From positions 2,604,001 to 2,668,000 of the forward strand of contig CM060732.1 of assembly GCA_030704615.1 (NCBI GenBank): DNA of 64,000 nt, in the 5' to 3' direction. The notes under the pieces are model-generated. The model ran no database searches. It was not told the origin of the DNA and saw only the letters and a program-made list of their open reading frames with translations. A program made the translations under genes and the position numbers. The DNA comes from Takakia lepidozioides (lineage: Eukaryota; Plantae; Bryophyta). Below, in pieces: positions 24,951 through 36,937 of this stretch (positions within the stretch are counted from its first letter, which is position 1; every line of letters starts with the position of its first letter).

Positions 24951-25489
24951 AAGCAAAATGGGGGGTTCGGTGCTCGATCAGCTGCGCGCAGCCCGATCGC
25001 ATGGAGCTCTCACTGGTGGCTGGGTTGCCTGAGTGGCCTGCTGCTCGGAGATGGCAATCTCCTCCTGTAGACGCATCTGCTTCCTCCCCTTCGGCATTGG
25101 CCTACGTCCGAAGTATAATTTTCGGAGCTTGCGACGAGGTCTCCTGTCTGGTGCACGAATCCCCCCCTCTCAGGTTCGAGCATAAGAAGAACAGAGACAG
25201 GGAAAAGGGGCAAAGAGTGCAGATGGAAAGGGCGCGAGAGGGGTGACTGAGGAGACACGACAAAAGTAGATGAAACGGCGGTGATGCACCACTTGGGTTC
25301 GAAAGGGTTGGACGAAAGTGTCTCCTCGTGGACTTTGCGTCATTACGAAATTCGAATCGTTCAGGGTACGCCTGCCGTCCGAAAAAACAAACATCATTAT
25401 CCAACGGTCAGGCCGCGCCGCCTCATGCCACTTCAGTCAGATAGAGTGCAGACATGTGCCGCAATTCCGTTGCTCCACGTGTTCACATT

Positions 25490-27000
25490 TCAAGGCATTT
25501 CCGTCCCAGCGTTGATGAGTTGGAGTGAAAATGCGAATGCGGCGCCGCATTTCCGTTAAGTACCATCACGAAGCTACACATCCGTACTTGTTGGAAGAAA
25601 ATGCGGCACCGCATTTCCGTTCCACCTTCACATACCTTAGTTGTTGAACGGAAATACGGTGCCGCATTTCCGTCCCAAGCTCCATGTATGAGATACAAAA
25701 GGGAAATGCGGCGCGCATTTCCGTTATGTCGAAAGGTGCGATTCGGACGGAAATGCGGCACAACATTTCAGTTCCCGTGGTTCATGATTTTCAATTGAAT
25801 CGAAATCGGTACCGCATTTCCGTTCCCCCTTCACATACGCAGTTGATGAACGGAAATGCCGTGCCACATTTCCGTTCGGGAAAGTATAGAGGTCTCACCT
25901 GAACAGAAATGCGGTGCCGCATTTCCTGTCTGGAAAGTTTGAAGGTCTCACATGGATGGAAATGCGGCAACCACATTCCGTCCCACAGCTCCAGGCCTCG
26001 TATACAAAAGGAAATGCGGCGCCGCATTTCCGTTCGAGAATGTCGGAAGGTGCGACTCGGACGGAAATGCGGAGCCGAATTTCTGTCCCGTTGTTCACGA
26101 TTTTCAGTCAGAACGGAAATGCGGTACCGCATTTCCGTTCTGTAGAGTATTAAGGTCTGACCCTGGCGGAAAATGCGGTGCCGCATTTCGTTCCACAGCT
26201 CCATGCCTCACATACAAAACGGAATGCGGCGCCGCATTTCCGTTTTGGAATGTCGGAAGGTGCGACTCCGACGGAAATGCGGTACCGCATTTCAGTTCCG
26301 ATGTTTCACGATTTTTCATCAGAACGGAAATGCGGTGCCGCATTTGCGTTCTGGAATGTTGGGAGGTGCGACTCGGATGGAAATGCGCTGCCGCATTTCA
26401 GTTCCGATGGTTCACGATTTTCAGTCAGAACGGAAATGCGGCCGCATTTCCGTTCTGGATAGTATGAATGTCTCAACCGGTCGGAAATTGCAATCGGCTC
26501 CATGCATCAGATACAAAATGGAAATGCGGCGCCGCATTTCCGTTCTGGAATGTCGGAAAGTGCGACTCGGACGGAAATGCGGTGCCGCATTCTGTTCCCG
26601 TTGTTCATAATTCTCAATCAGAACGGAAATGCGGTACCGCATTTCCGTTCCACCTTCACATACCGTGCTTTCTGGATGGAAAACGTTACCGCATTTCCGT
26701 TCTGGAGAAAATGCGGATATGCGGGCCGCATTTCCGTTCTGGAATGTCGGAAAGTGCGACTCGGACGGAAATGCGGTGCCGCATTTCTGTTCCCTTTGTT
26801 CATAATCTCAATCAGAACGGAAATGCGGGGTACCGCATTTCCGTTCCACCTTCACATACCGTGTTGCTGGATGGAAATGCGTTACGCATTTCGTTCTGGA
26901 GAGTATAAAGGTTTCCCCCGGACGGAAACTCGGTGCCGCATTTCCGTCGCTCTTGTGCATGACCAAGATGCAATACGGAAATGCGGCGCCGTATTTCCGT
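25490..27000. repeat. Main A-type palindrome array between the divergent ParB-MTase and transposase genes
   Basis: About 25 copies of GGAAATGCGGNNCCGCATTTCC, often 52-53 bp apart (26010, 26063, 26115; 26521, 26573, 26625); spacer types recur as higher-order repeats. Confidence 0.95.
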
Positions 27001-27407
27001 CCACCAGCAATCGAAGAATCACTCGGGACGGGAAATCTGGAACCTGAATGGGTTGCATTGTTCCGAAACAACACAATTGCGGCCAGTCTTGATGAGCACA
27101 ACTTGGTTGTCTGACCGTTTTAAATAACAGTACTGGCACTTGTCAGGCGAACGTTCCTGTCTGCACCGAGAATACTGTTGGATCCACCCTCAGGAGAAAC
27201 TGTCAGGAGATGTTATTTCGTCGCCGAATCGGCCATCATTGTCTACTTACTGGCTATGGAATCACACCTCCCACCTTCATGCATGTAGCTTGAAACATAC
27301 TTTCCACTTCAATGTGCGACTTCCAATCGTCGATGGATCCGCATGGTGCCTGTGAGCCTTGGTCTGTCGCTATACTGAACCTCGCACTTGCCAACTCGTG
27401 CGTGTCG

Positions 27408-30400
27408 ATGGCTCCGAATTCCTACGCTATAGTTTGCTGTCCTCCGCAACTTGGGAGAGCTGGATCCCAAACGAGGGAGGACTTTGCAGAGTGACTGAAA
27501 CTTACCTTTGTTACAAATTCAAGCTCAAACCGGGCACAGTTTATTTGGAAGAAGAAAGGAAGGATGTTCCTGGACAGGTTGACGAGACCATTGTCGTGCT
27601 AGGTAACGACGGAGGTTGCGGAATCGAATGGCACGTCCCCCATCAGACACCATCCTGTACCGAGCTGTGGGAATGCCCATTCCCTTTCCGAATCAGTCGG
27701 CTGCCCACACCATCCACAAAGGAGTCCGGAAACCGACAGGGCGGCCACTGCCACAGAGAGGTATGGTTCTCGCTCCGAGCTGGCTGCTCTCGACTATGCC
27801 AAATTCCAGTCAGAAGGTAACGTTTCTGCCTCCGAAGTCGATGCAATGTCATCTTCGAGTTTCCACCTGTTTCTCGTCAAACAAAGCCTCCGGGATGTTA
27901 ACAGACATGGATCGAAGCATGACGGACACCCCTGGTGTGTGTGACGAAGACCAGTAGCACGAAAATTGCTGATGGTGTTTGTGTACGATGTCCTCTGTGC
28001 GGGGAAGCTGAGGTGCCTCAATCCCACCTGCTTCCACTTCTCTCCAAAGGAGGGCGGAGAAAGGAGAAACGAGACGGATTGGACTGGCACAACGCATCAT
28101 CCATTCATTGTCTCCAGCCAAGCTCCTGCGGGTTCTTCAAGTGTGCACATTGCAAAGAACCACCGACGTGCATGTCCATGTGCAGAGCCAAGCAATATTA
28201 CGTAATCCATTTGCTCCCGGACTTGACTAGAGCTTGCATACACGTTGGGGTCCACTGCCACCCCTTGGCGAGAGGCAAACATGCGTGAGGCGTGCAGGAA
28301 GCACACGACATCATAAAAGAGGAGGTGAAATTGAGCCCGGAGCCAGACCAAAGCAGATTCAGCTGAAGGCAGCCCACAAGATTGCTCTTGGCAAAATCAT
28401 GTCTGAAGATGGTTTCCGACCGAGAGCCCTTGACCGAAGACGAGATGCGTGACCTCTTGGAGTCGTCTCGCACGTTTGTAGTCCGAATGTGCGGAATCAC
28501 ATCGTATCTTGCAAGCAGGAGTTCGGCAGGGGTCGGACATGTACTCAATCCTGTGAAGATGAAACGAATGACTGGATATGACTACATCCAAGGTAAGCAG
28601 GTTTCCAGGGCAAGCAGCGAATCCGATCGTTGTTACATTTTCAAAAAATGTCGACGTGTGGGCCTGGGAGTGGAGTCGACTTGGTCACTCGCATGACAAC
28701 TGGAAACTTGTTCGAATGCTGGGTGATGTTGATCACATCAAGCGAATTACAAACCATCAGTGGGTGACTATGGGTGCGATGTTTATGACTATCACTCCAA
28801 GAGGCTCATGACGATTGCAATCTGCGAGATGAAAGGGGAGGACACACAGTCCGAGATGATGCATCTGTGGGGGGCATAAACGAGCAGATGTCAAGGGCGG
28901 GATTGCCATAGCCCAATTTCAGGGGATTCATGGCAGACAATGCTCAGGCCAACTGGGCAGCGGTGCGGCGTGTGTACGGTGAGGACCCCAATGTTCCAAT
29001 GGAGGGGAAAGAGAGATCCTGTGGATTCCATTGGATGCAGAGTCTATCCCACTACACTACCAAATTTGTTGCTAGCTCATTCCAGGCTGAACACCGTGTC
29101 CTTTGTACGGCGTGGAAGGATGCACCCACATTTGATGACGCGGAGGTTAAGTTTGCTATCATCGAGGCTTGGTGGAACACATCAGGTGCAGTGGAGACAA
29201 CCAATCTGGGAGCATTGCACAGCTGGTTGGGGTGGTGGCATTTTCGGTATCGACAGTTCGGACAGTACATGCGGGAGGTAGGCTGTTGTCATTTTCGTTC
29301 ATTTGTCTTTCTGTTACGGACATTTCGATTGGTCCCTCACCATTGTTTGTGTCCTTCTAGGAGCGGTGCTTGGATTCCGACACGGACATGCCGAACACGA
29401 ATATGGCAGAATCGGTCCACTCCTCCTGGCGAGCGTCTTCTGCCGCACATCTGGTGGACGTAGTGACGGCCACAACGGAGGACATCGACAGAGCAATCAT
29501 GCAGCAAGCCACGTACTACAAGTTCCTGAGCAGCAAACAATGGGGCTTTGGGCCGGACAGGGAGGAATTGTTGGTACGAACAGCTTCGAGGTCCAAGAAT
29601 CCAGTGAAATGGGCGACAGCATTGCGAGAGAAGATCAAAGGGACGCCTCTGCACCGCAGAGGTGAACACCTAGATGGGGACGTCCGGACTCGCCCTGTCA
29701 GGCGGAGGATTGAAGAGGAACTCAGGTGCGAAGAGGATTCCTGGAGATCCGACAGGAACATTCGGACAGCACCTCGAGGTCCCGTCATGTTGCCGCACAA
29801 TGTGTCTTCCAGCAGTGGAAGCCCAAGAAATTCCAGATCGCCGTCGCCTTCAACCGGGGATTTCGTGCGAGAAATTCCCACCGCTCCCTTGCCCCAGATT
29901 CCGCCCGCTGTTATGCAGTATGGCCAAGCCATTGTGGAGACGACTGTGTCTACATCACAGTGGAGAATTGCTCGCACAAAGCCGTCGTTTCGAGGAAGGT
30001 GTTCCGCAATTCGTGTGGATACACGACAACGTTGTTTAGAGATGATAAGGAGGAATCCAGATGGGGCTGTCCCTGCTCCTACTTTTACAGGAAGATTTGT
30101 CCATGCAAAGTTTGCGGAGGCGACAACCACCCAGTTCTGGTTCTGCAGGCACGACATTATGACTTGCGTGTATGGAAAGCCCAAGTACGGCATACAAACA
30201 ATGCCAGAGGCTCCCCCGGTGTGGCCGGTGGAACCAGGCTGCGATCTGAGTCAGGTTGAGGCCGACGCCCTTACCGCCGCGGAATTTCGGATGGTGCAGC
30301 GCACTGACGTCCCCAGACAACCATTTCCGCTTCCACAGCCTCCACCACCGACCCCTGTGAGAGCAAGCACAATGGGACACGACATCTCTAAGCATCCTAC

Positions 30401-30791
30401 ACACCGTTGGGGGAAACCGAAGAGGCGGCGACCTCCCTCAAAAGTGAACGAGACAAGGATGAGGAATGCACTTCGGATGAACTGTACAATCCAGAGCTCG
30501 ACTGAAGTGCCCCCACCAGGATTCGGGCATGTGTATCAGATGGCCACGGCGGGCTCAGCTGTTCGCAATGAGGTGTACACCATCACCATTTCAGAATTAC
30601 CCACCTGCAATTGCACCGACTTCCAGATCATGGCGAACAAGGGGGCATCATACTGCCCTTGCAAGCATTTATACTACGTGTACCTAAAGAGACTCCGTTG
30701 TAATTCCACAACTCATCACTTCATACATGCACCAGGGTTGAGCCCCCAGGAGGTTCACACTCTTCTGAATATGGATCCAGGGGACCAGTGA
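27408..30791 (+). pseudogene. MULE-A transposase (GCM-like Zn domain, DDE core, SWIM finger); full span but frameshifted in the 5' half, with a small internal deletion
   Basis: DGHPW...CAGKLRCLNP...CAHC...C...HVGVHCHP; D(HIKR), FMADNAQA, CGFH (CxxH); intron at about 29278-29360; TNMAES; SWIM CNC..F......CKH (ORF 29370..30791). Confidence 0.88.
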
Positions 30792-31437
30792 GCTTGGCTT
30801 GCGGTCCCAATACAATGATACGCCCATCCTTTTCGGATAGTAGAACTGTACTGCTGCCAGTACCTCAGACTCTGGCCACAGAAAGGTCCGACATATGTCT
30901 TGCCTACCAGTAACCTGTTTTGCTCGAACTAAGATATTACTATATCGTTCACTTGTTTCCACGTGCATGTATTTTTGTATGTTGGAGGGTTCATGTTTTT
31001 CTGCTTTCCGAAAACTTGCTTTCCTCATTCGACCTCCGACAAGGAAATGCGGCGCCGCATTTCCAAGTATCGTCGTAGGTACTGGTAGAGGCGGCCTTCG
31101 CCAACACCAAACCGCTCCGAAATTTCGCACGTGTGAACCCTAATGCGGCACCTTATTTCCCAGTTCAGTTGCAAACCTTTCCTGTCGAATACCCGAAGAA
31201 GACAGAATTGTGAAGTACTGCAGACTGTATTGGTGCAGACTCCATTGGTTCAATCGCGGCAAAAGGGTCAGCTTCATTCCAATGTTAAGGCATGTAAAAC
31301 CGCGGAATACTCTATACAGGCCAGTATGCGACGTCCTTTTGCAGTGGTATACTGGATTTCCCGTTGCACGGTCACTTATTTCCATGAGCGGATCTATAAA
31401 ACCATGAGCGGACTTGTTACTGACGACATATCTTCGC

Positions 31438-34052
31438 CGCATGGCAACATGACGGGACCTCGAGGTGTTGTCCAAATGTTCCTGTCGGATCTCCAGGAAT
31501 CATCTTCGCACCTGGGTTCCTCTTCAATCCTCCGCCTCACAGGGCGAGTACGGACGTCCCCCTCTAGGTGTCCACCTCTGTGGTTCAGAGGCGTCCCTTT
31601 TATCTTCTTTCGCAATGCTGTCGCCCATTTCAGTGGATTCTTTGACCTCGAAGCTGTTCGTACCAACAATTCCTCCTTGTCCGGCCCAAAGCCCCATTGT
31701 TTCCCGCTCAGAAACTTGTAGTACGTGGCTTGCTGCATGATTGCTCTATCGATGTCCTCCGTTGTGGCCGTCACCACGTCCACCAGATGTGCGGCAGAAG
31801 ACGCTCGCTAGGAGGAGTCGACTGATTCTGCCAAATTTGTGTTCGGCATGTCCGTGTCGGAATCCAAGCACCGCTCCTACAAGGACAAAAACAATGGTGA
31901 GGGACCAATGCAAAGGTCCGTAATAGAACGACAATTGCACGAAAAGTCTGGCATCATACCTCCCGCATGTACTGTCCGAGCTGTCGATATCGGAAATGCC
32001 ACCACCCCATCCAGCTGTGCAAGGCTCCCAGATTGGTTGTCTCCACTGCACCTGACGTGTTCCACCAAGCCTCGATGATAGCAAACTTTACCTCCGCCTC
32101 ATCAAATGTGGGTGCATCCTTCCACGCCGTACAAAGGACACGGTGTTCAGCCTGGAATGAGCTAGCAACAAATTTGGTAGTGTAGTGAGATAGACTCTGC
32201 ATCCAATGGAATCCACAGGATCTCTCTTTCCCCTCCATTGGAACATTGGGGTCCTCACCATACACACGCCGCACCGCTGCCCAGTTGGCCTGAGCGTTGA
32301 CTGCCATGAATCCCCTGAAATTGGGCTCTGGAAAACCCGCCATTGCCATCTGCTCGTTTATGCCCTCCCACAGATGCATCTCCGACTGTGTGTCCTCCCC
32401 TTTCATCTCGCAGATTGCAATCGTCATGAGCCTCTTGGAGTGATAGTCATAAACATGCGCACCCATAGTCACCCACTAATGGTTTGTAATTCGCTTGATG
32501 TGATCAAACATCACCCAAGCATTCGACAAGTTTCCAGTTTTCATGCGAGTGACCAAGTCGACTCCACTCCCAGGCCCACACGTCGATATTTTAAAAATGT
32601 AACAACGATCGGATTCGCTGCCTTGCCCTGGAAACCTGCTACCTTGGATGTAGTCGTATCCAGTCATTCGTTTCACCTCAAGGATTGAGTGCATGTCCGA
32701 CCCGGGCCGAACTCCTGTTTGCAAAATACGATGTGATTCCGCACATTCGGACTACAAACGTGCGAGACGGACTCCAACAGGTCAAGCATCTCCTCTTCGT
32801 TCAAGGGCACTCGGTCTGAACCATCTTTAGACATGATTTTGCCAAGAGCAATCTTGTGGGCTGCCTTGAGCTGAATCTGCTTTGGTCTGGCTCCGGGGCT
32901 CAATTTCACCTCCTCTTTTATGATGTCGTGTGCTTCCTGCACAGCCTCCCGCATGTTGCCTCTCGCCAAGGGGTGACAGTGGACCCCAACGTGTATGCAA
33001 GCTCTAGTCAAGTCCGGGAGCAAATGGATTACGTAATATTGCTTGGCTCTGCACATGGACATGCACGTCGGTGGTTCTTTGCAATGTGCGCACTTGAAAG
33101 TACCCGCATGAGCTTGGCTGGAGACAATGAATGGATGATGGGTTGTGCCAGTCCAATCCGTCTCGTTTCTCCGCCCTCTTTTGGAGCGAAAGTGGAAGTA
33201 GGCGGGATTGAGGCACCTCAGCTTACCCGCACAGAGGACGTATCGTACACCAACACCATCAGCAATTTTCGTGCTACTGGTCTTCGTCACACACCAGGGG
33301 TGTCCGTCATGCTTTCGATCCATGTCTGTTAACATCCCTGAGGCTTTGTTTGACGAAGTAACAGGTGGAAATTCGAAGATGACATTGCCATCGACTTTGG
33401 GAGGCAGATACGTTACCTTCCTGATTGGAAATTTGGCATAGTCGAGAGCAGCCAACTCGGAGCGAGAACCATCGAGGTGATGTTGCCGTAGGAGCTGCAC
33501 AATGGACCGGGTTGGAGTTATGCTCGAGGGTACATGCGTAGCACCTACAGAGACGTCCATGTCGGATTTGAACGACCGTGTGGAGGACATGGGGACCTCA
33601 ATGCACTCATCTTCCTCGTCAGAAATGTCGAATATGTCCACACGAGAAGCTATGGAGGGTCTTGACGGTCCAGGTCGGGAATGATTATCGTTGCATACCT
33701 CTCTATTGGCAGTGGCCGCCTGTCGGTTTCCCGACTCCTTTGTGGATGGTGTGGGCAGCGACTGATTCGGAAAGGGAATGGGCATTCCCACAGCTCGGTA
33801 CAGGATGGTGTCTGATGGGGGTACGTGCCATTCAATTCCGCAACCTCCGTCGTTACCTAGCACGACAATGGTCTCGTCAACTTGTCCAGGAACATCCTTC
33901 CTTTCTTCTTCCAAATAAACTGTGCCCGGTAAAAGCTTGAATTTGGAACAAAGGTGAGTTTCAGTCACTCTGCAAAGTCCTCCCTCGTTTGGGATCCAGG
34001 CTCTCCCAAGTTGCGGAGGACAGCAAACTATAGCGTAGGAATTCGGAGCCAT
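31438..34052 (-). pseudogene. MULE-A transposase, second copy (inverted, 3'-truncated)
   Basis: ORFs 32673..34088, 32476..32724, 31954..32472 and 31394..31783; second catalytic D appears as V (FMAVNAQ); stops matching after PVMLP. Confidence 0.88.
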
Positions 34053-34121
34053 CGAACACCGCACGAAGTTGGCAAGTGCGATGTTCACTATAGCGACAGA
34101 TCAAGGCTCACAGGCACCATG

Positions 34122-34848
34122 TGTCGCGGCCCTTTGCCTTGAGGGCAGGGGGTCGGGACACAAGAGGGGTTGCCCCTGTGGTGGGGGCAGTGGCAACGAT
34201 AGGTATGGGGGGCTGAAGCACCCTTGAGTGCCCAAGGCACTCAAGGAGGCGGAGGCGCTCACTAGGTGGAGCCCCGCACACCGGGTTGCGGTGGGGGTGG
34301 CTCCACAAGGGGTGGTGGTAGCTTAGCGAGACTTAGTGGGGGTGGCATAGGACTCACCCTGGGGTGGAGACCTCGTGGTGGGAGTTGTGGGGAGTCTTGG
34401 GATTCATCACGGTCCATAGGGGCCGTGGTGGGTGGGCCAAGACTCACCGCGACTCATCACCGAGAGTCAAGGGTGTTCGTGGTGGTTCGCCATAAAATGG
34501 CATGGTTGTTTGTGAAACCCCCGCGGACAGCTACAGAAGTATATATAGGGAGTAGTAACCCCGAGAATGGTGCAAGCCCGTTGGTGACCAAAAACTAGTG
34601 AGTAAGCGAGCGAGCCGGAAAGCGACCAAAGAATGGGGAGCTGTTCCGGACTGCCAACTACCAAAGGGAATTCCGCTGGTTCCAAATCGTTGGAGGGTTC
34701 TTTGGGAGATCAAAGGGGGGACCGTTATGCCCCGGTGAGCAGCCGGAGCTCCAAGTTGTCCCGGCGGCCAGGTTGGGAGTTAGGCGCGCGCATCAAGCGA
34801 GTAACTATGACTTGAGGGGGGGAGTTTACCGAAGTGAGGTGCGTGACA
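34122..34848 (+). mobile_element. Solo LTR of family 2 (727 bp, TG...CA) inserted upstream of transposase copy 2
   Basis: TGTCGCGG...GCGTGACA flanked by the 5-bp TSD CCATG; uninterrupted site at about 27340-27355; homologous to 42411-43137. Confidence 0.9.
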
Positions 34849-35554
34849 CCATGTAAGTGGATCTGCGGAGTCCATCGACGATTGGAAGTCGCAAATTGAA
34901 GTGGAAAGTATTGTTTCAAGCTACATGCATGAAGGTGGGAGGTGTGATTCCATATCCACTAAGTATAACAATGATGGCCGATTCGACGACAAAATCACAT
35001 CTCCAGACAGTTTCTCCTGAGGGTGGATCAACCAGTATTCGCGGTGTAGACATGAACGTTCGCACTGACAAGTGCCAGGACTGTTAGTTAAAACGGTTAG
35101 ACAACCAAGTTGTGCTCATTAAGACAGGCCGCAATTGCGTTGTTTTGGAACAATGCAACCCGTTGCACATGGCTGAATGGGAATGCGGTCCCGCATCCCA
35201 GTTCGACATCATCCTCTCGTTGATTGCGATCGGAAATGCGGCACCGTATTTCCGTCACCAGGGACACCAAAATACTGGTGCAACGGAAATCCGGTACCAC
35301 ATTTCAGTCCACTGTAGAAGTAGGCCCATGCTGGGGGGCTGCTATTTCATGAGCGGCATGAGCATGAGCGGAAAAAAAAAAAACATGAGCAGACCATTGT
35401 GAGTCCACGGAAATAGGGTTAGGAGGCACGGAAATAGGGTCATGTGAAGTTGGAATGTGGCACAAGTGGACTTGAAATGCAACATTTTATTGCAAATTTT
35501 GTGGCAAGCCACGTCTATATAAGTGTATTCTAACTGTCATAGCCGGAATGGGCA

Positions 35555-35994
35555 CTACTCTCCTACACCCTCCGAGGAACTTGCCCCACCTTCTTCCTCA
35601 TCCCCCTCATCCCCCTCATCCTCCGAGCTCTGTGATGCATCAGTTCCACTATGCCTCTCAAAAATCCCGTCCTCTTGGGGGACTGTCCACCTCACCTCCT
35701 GGGAATCTTCTGCATCTTCTCCCCTACTTTCCTCAGCTGAATCCAAGACAAATCTACGAGCCTGACGGGCTCTAATAGCTGCTGCCTCCTCCCTCGTCTT
35801 CATTTTCTTGCGGCTTGCCTCGTCTAAAATCTGCTGTACACGACTAGGTTCGGAACACCTCCTAATGGACACCGAATCAAGCCGGGCAACATAAATAGGA
35901 AGGATGTAGTCCCTTTCTGGACTAGGCATGAAATCCCCCCTGGCAAAAAAATGCACGTTCCTCCTGCCCATGAACTGCGGTGTAGACGTCCCTC
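35555..35994 (-). pseudogene. Last exon of the subfamily-B ParB-MTase paralog
   Basis: NVHFFARGDFMPSPERDYILPIY...EVRWTVPQEDGIFE aligns with A-type NVPFFARADFMTSPVRDYSLPSY...EVRWTVPQGEDGIFE. Confidence 0.75.
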
Positions 35995-36164
35995 CTACAG
36001 TAAGAACAAATCCACTTGAAGAATGTCAATACCAGCAGAAGCAGAAACGGTCTTTCAATGAAATAAAAGAGCGAGGGGAGGTGCCTCACAAAATCAGGAG
36101 GCAACTTACAATGCGACCACTTACTCGTAAACCATTTTCGCCACCATTTTCCTAGGTTGGGTCC

Positions 36165-36937
36165 AAAAATGGCTAAGTCCCATAACTGATTGGGCGCGGA
36201 ACTAGAAAAATGGCGCCGAATTTCCGGTTGCGGTTCCAGCCACCCTACGGACTTAACCATTTTCGGGGCCCTGAACTGGAAAAATGGCGCCATTTTTCCA
36301 TTTTGGGGCTGAAAATGGCTAAGTCCCAGATCTGACTAGGCCCGGAACTGGAAAAATGGCGCCGAATTTCCGATTTTGGTGCCAGTCAGATCTGGGACTT
36401 AGCCATTTTCGGCCCCGAACTGGAAAAAAAACGTTTTTTTTTTTTTTTTTTTTTTTTTTTCGGTGCCATTTTTCCAGTTCGGGCCCGAAAATGGCTAAGT
36501 CCCGGAACTGGAAAAATGGCGACGAATTTCCGATTTTGGTGCCAGCCACCCTAGGGACTTGACCATTTTCGGCCCCGAACTGGAAAAATGGCGCCATTTT
36601 TCCAGTTCGGGCCCGAAAATGGCTAAGTCCCAGATCTGATAGGGCGCGAAACTGGAAAAATGGTGCCGAATTTGCAGTTGCGGTTCCAGCCATCGTAGGG
36701 ACTTAGCCATTTTCCGGGCCCCGAACTGGAAAAATGGCGCCGAATTTCCGATTTTGGGTGCCAGTCAGATCTGGGACTTGGCCGTTTTCGGCCCCGAACT
36801 GGAAAAATGGCGTTTTTTTTTTTTTTTTTTTTTTTTTTGTTTGTTTTCGGCGCCATTTTTCCAGTTCGGGGCCGAAAATGGCTAAGTCCCAGATCTGACT
36901 GGCACCAAAATCGGAAATTCGGCGCCATTTTTCCAGT
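36165..36937. repeat. C-type palindrome array AACTGGAAAAATGGCGCCATTTTTCCAGTT with nested inverted repeats and poly-T tracts
   Basis: Multiple copies plus AAAATGGCTAAGTCCC in both orientations; poly-T at about 36434-36460 and 36813-36838. Confidence 0.85.

Noticed and set aside
25490-27000. CRISPR-like pattern (palindromic 22-bp repeat with roughly 30-bp spacers)
   Set aside because: Spacers recur as higher-order repeats, the motif is dispersed including in introns, there are no cas genes, and the context is a eukaryotic transposon
27408-28930. Programmed frameshifting in the transposase or cargo genes
   Set aside because: Indels differ between copies and cluster at homopolymers, consistent with decay or sequencing error
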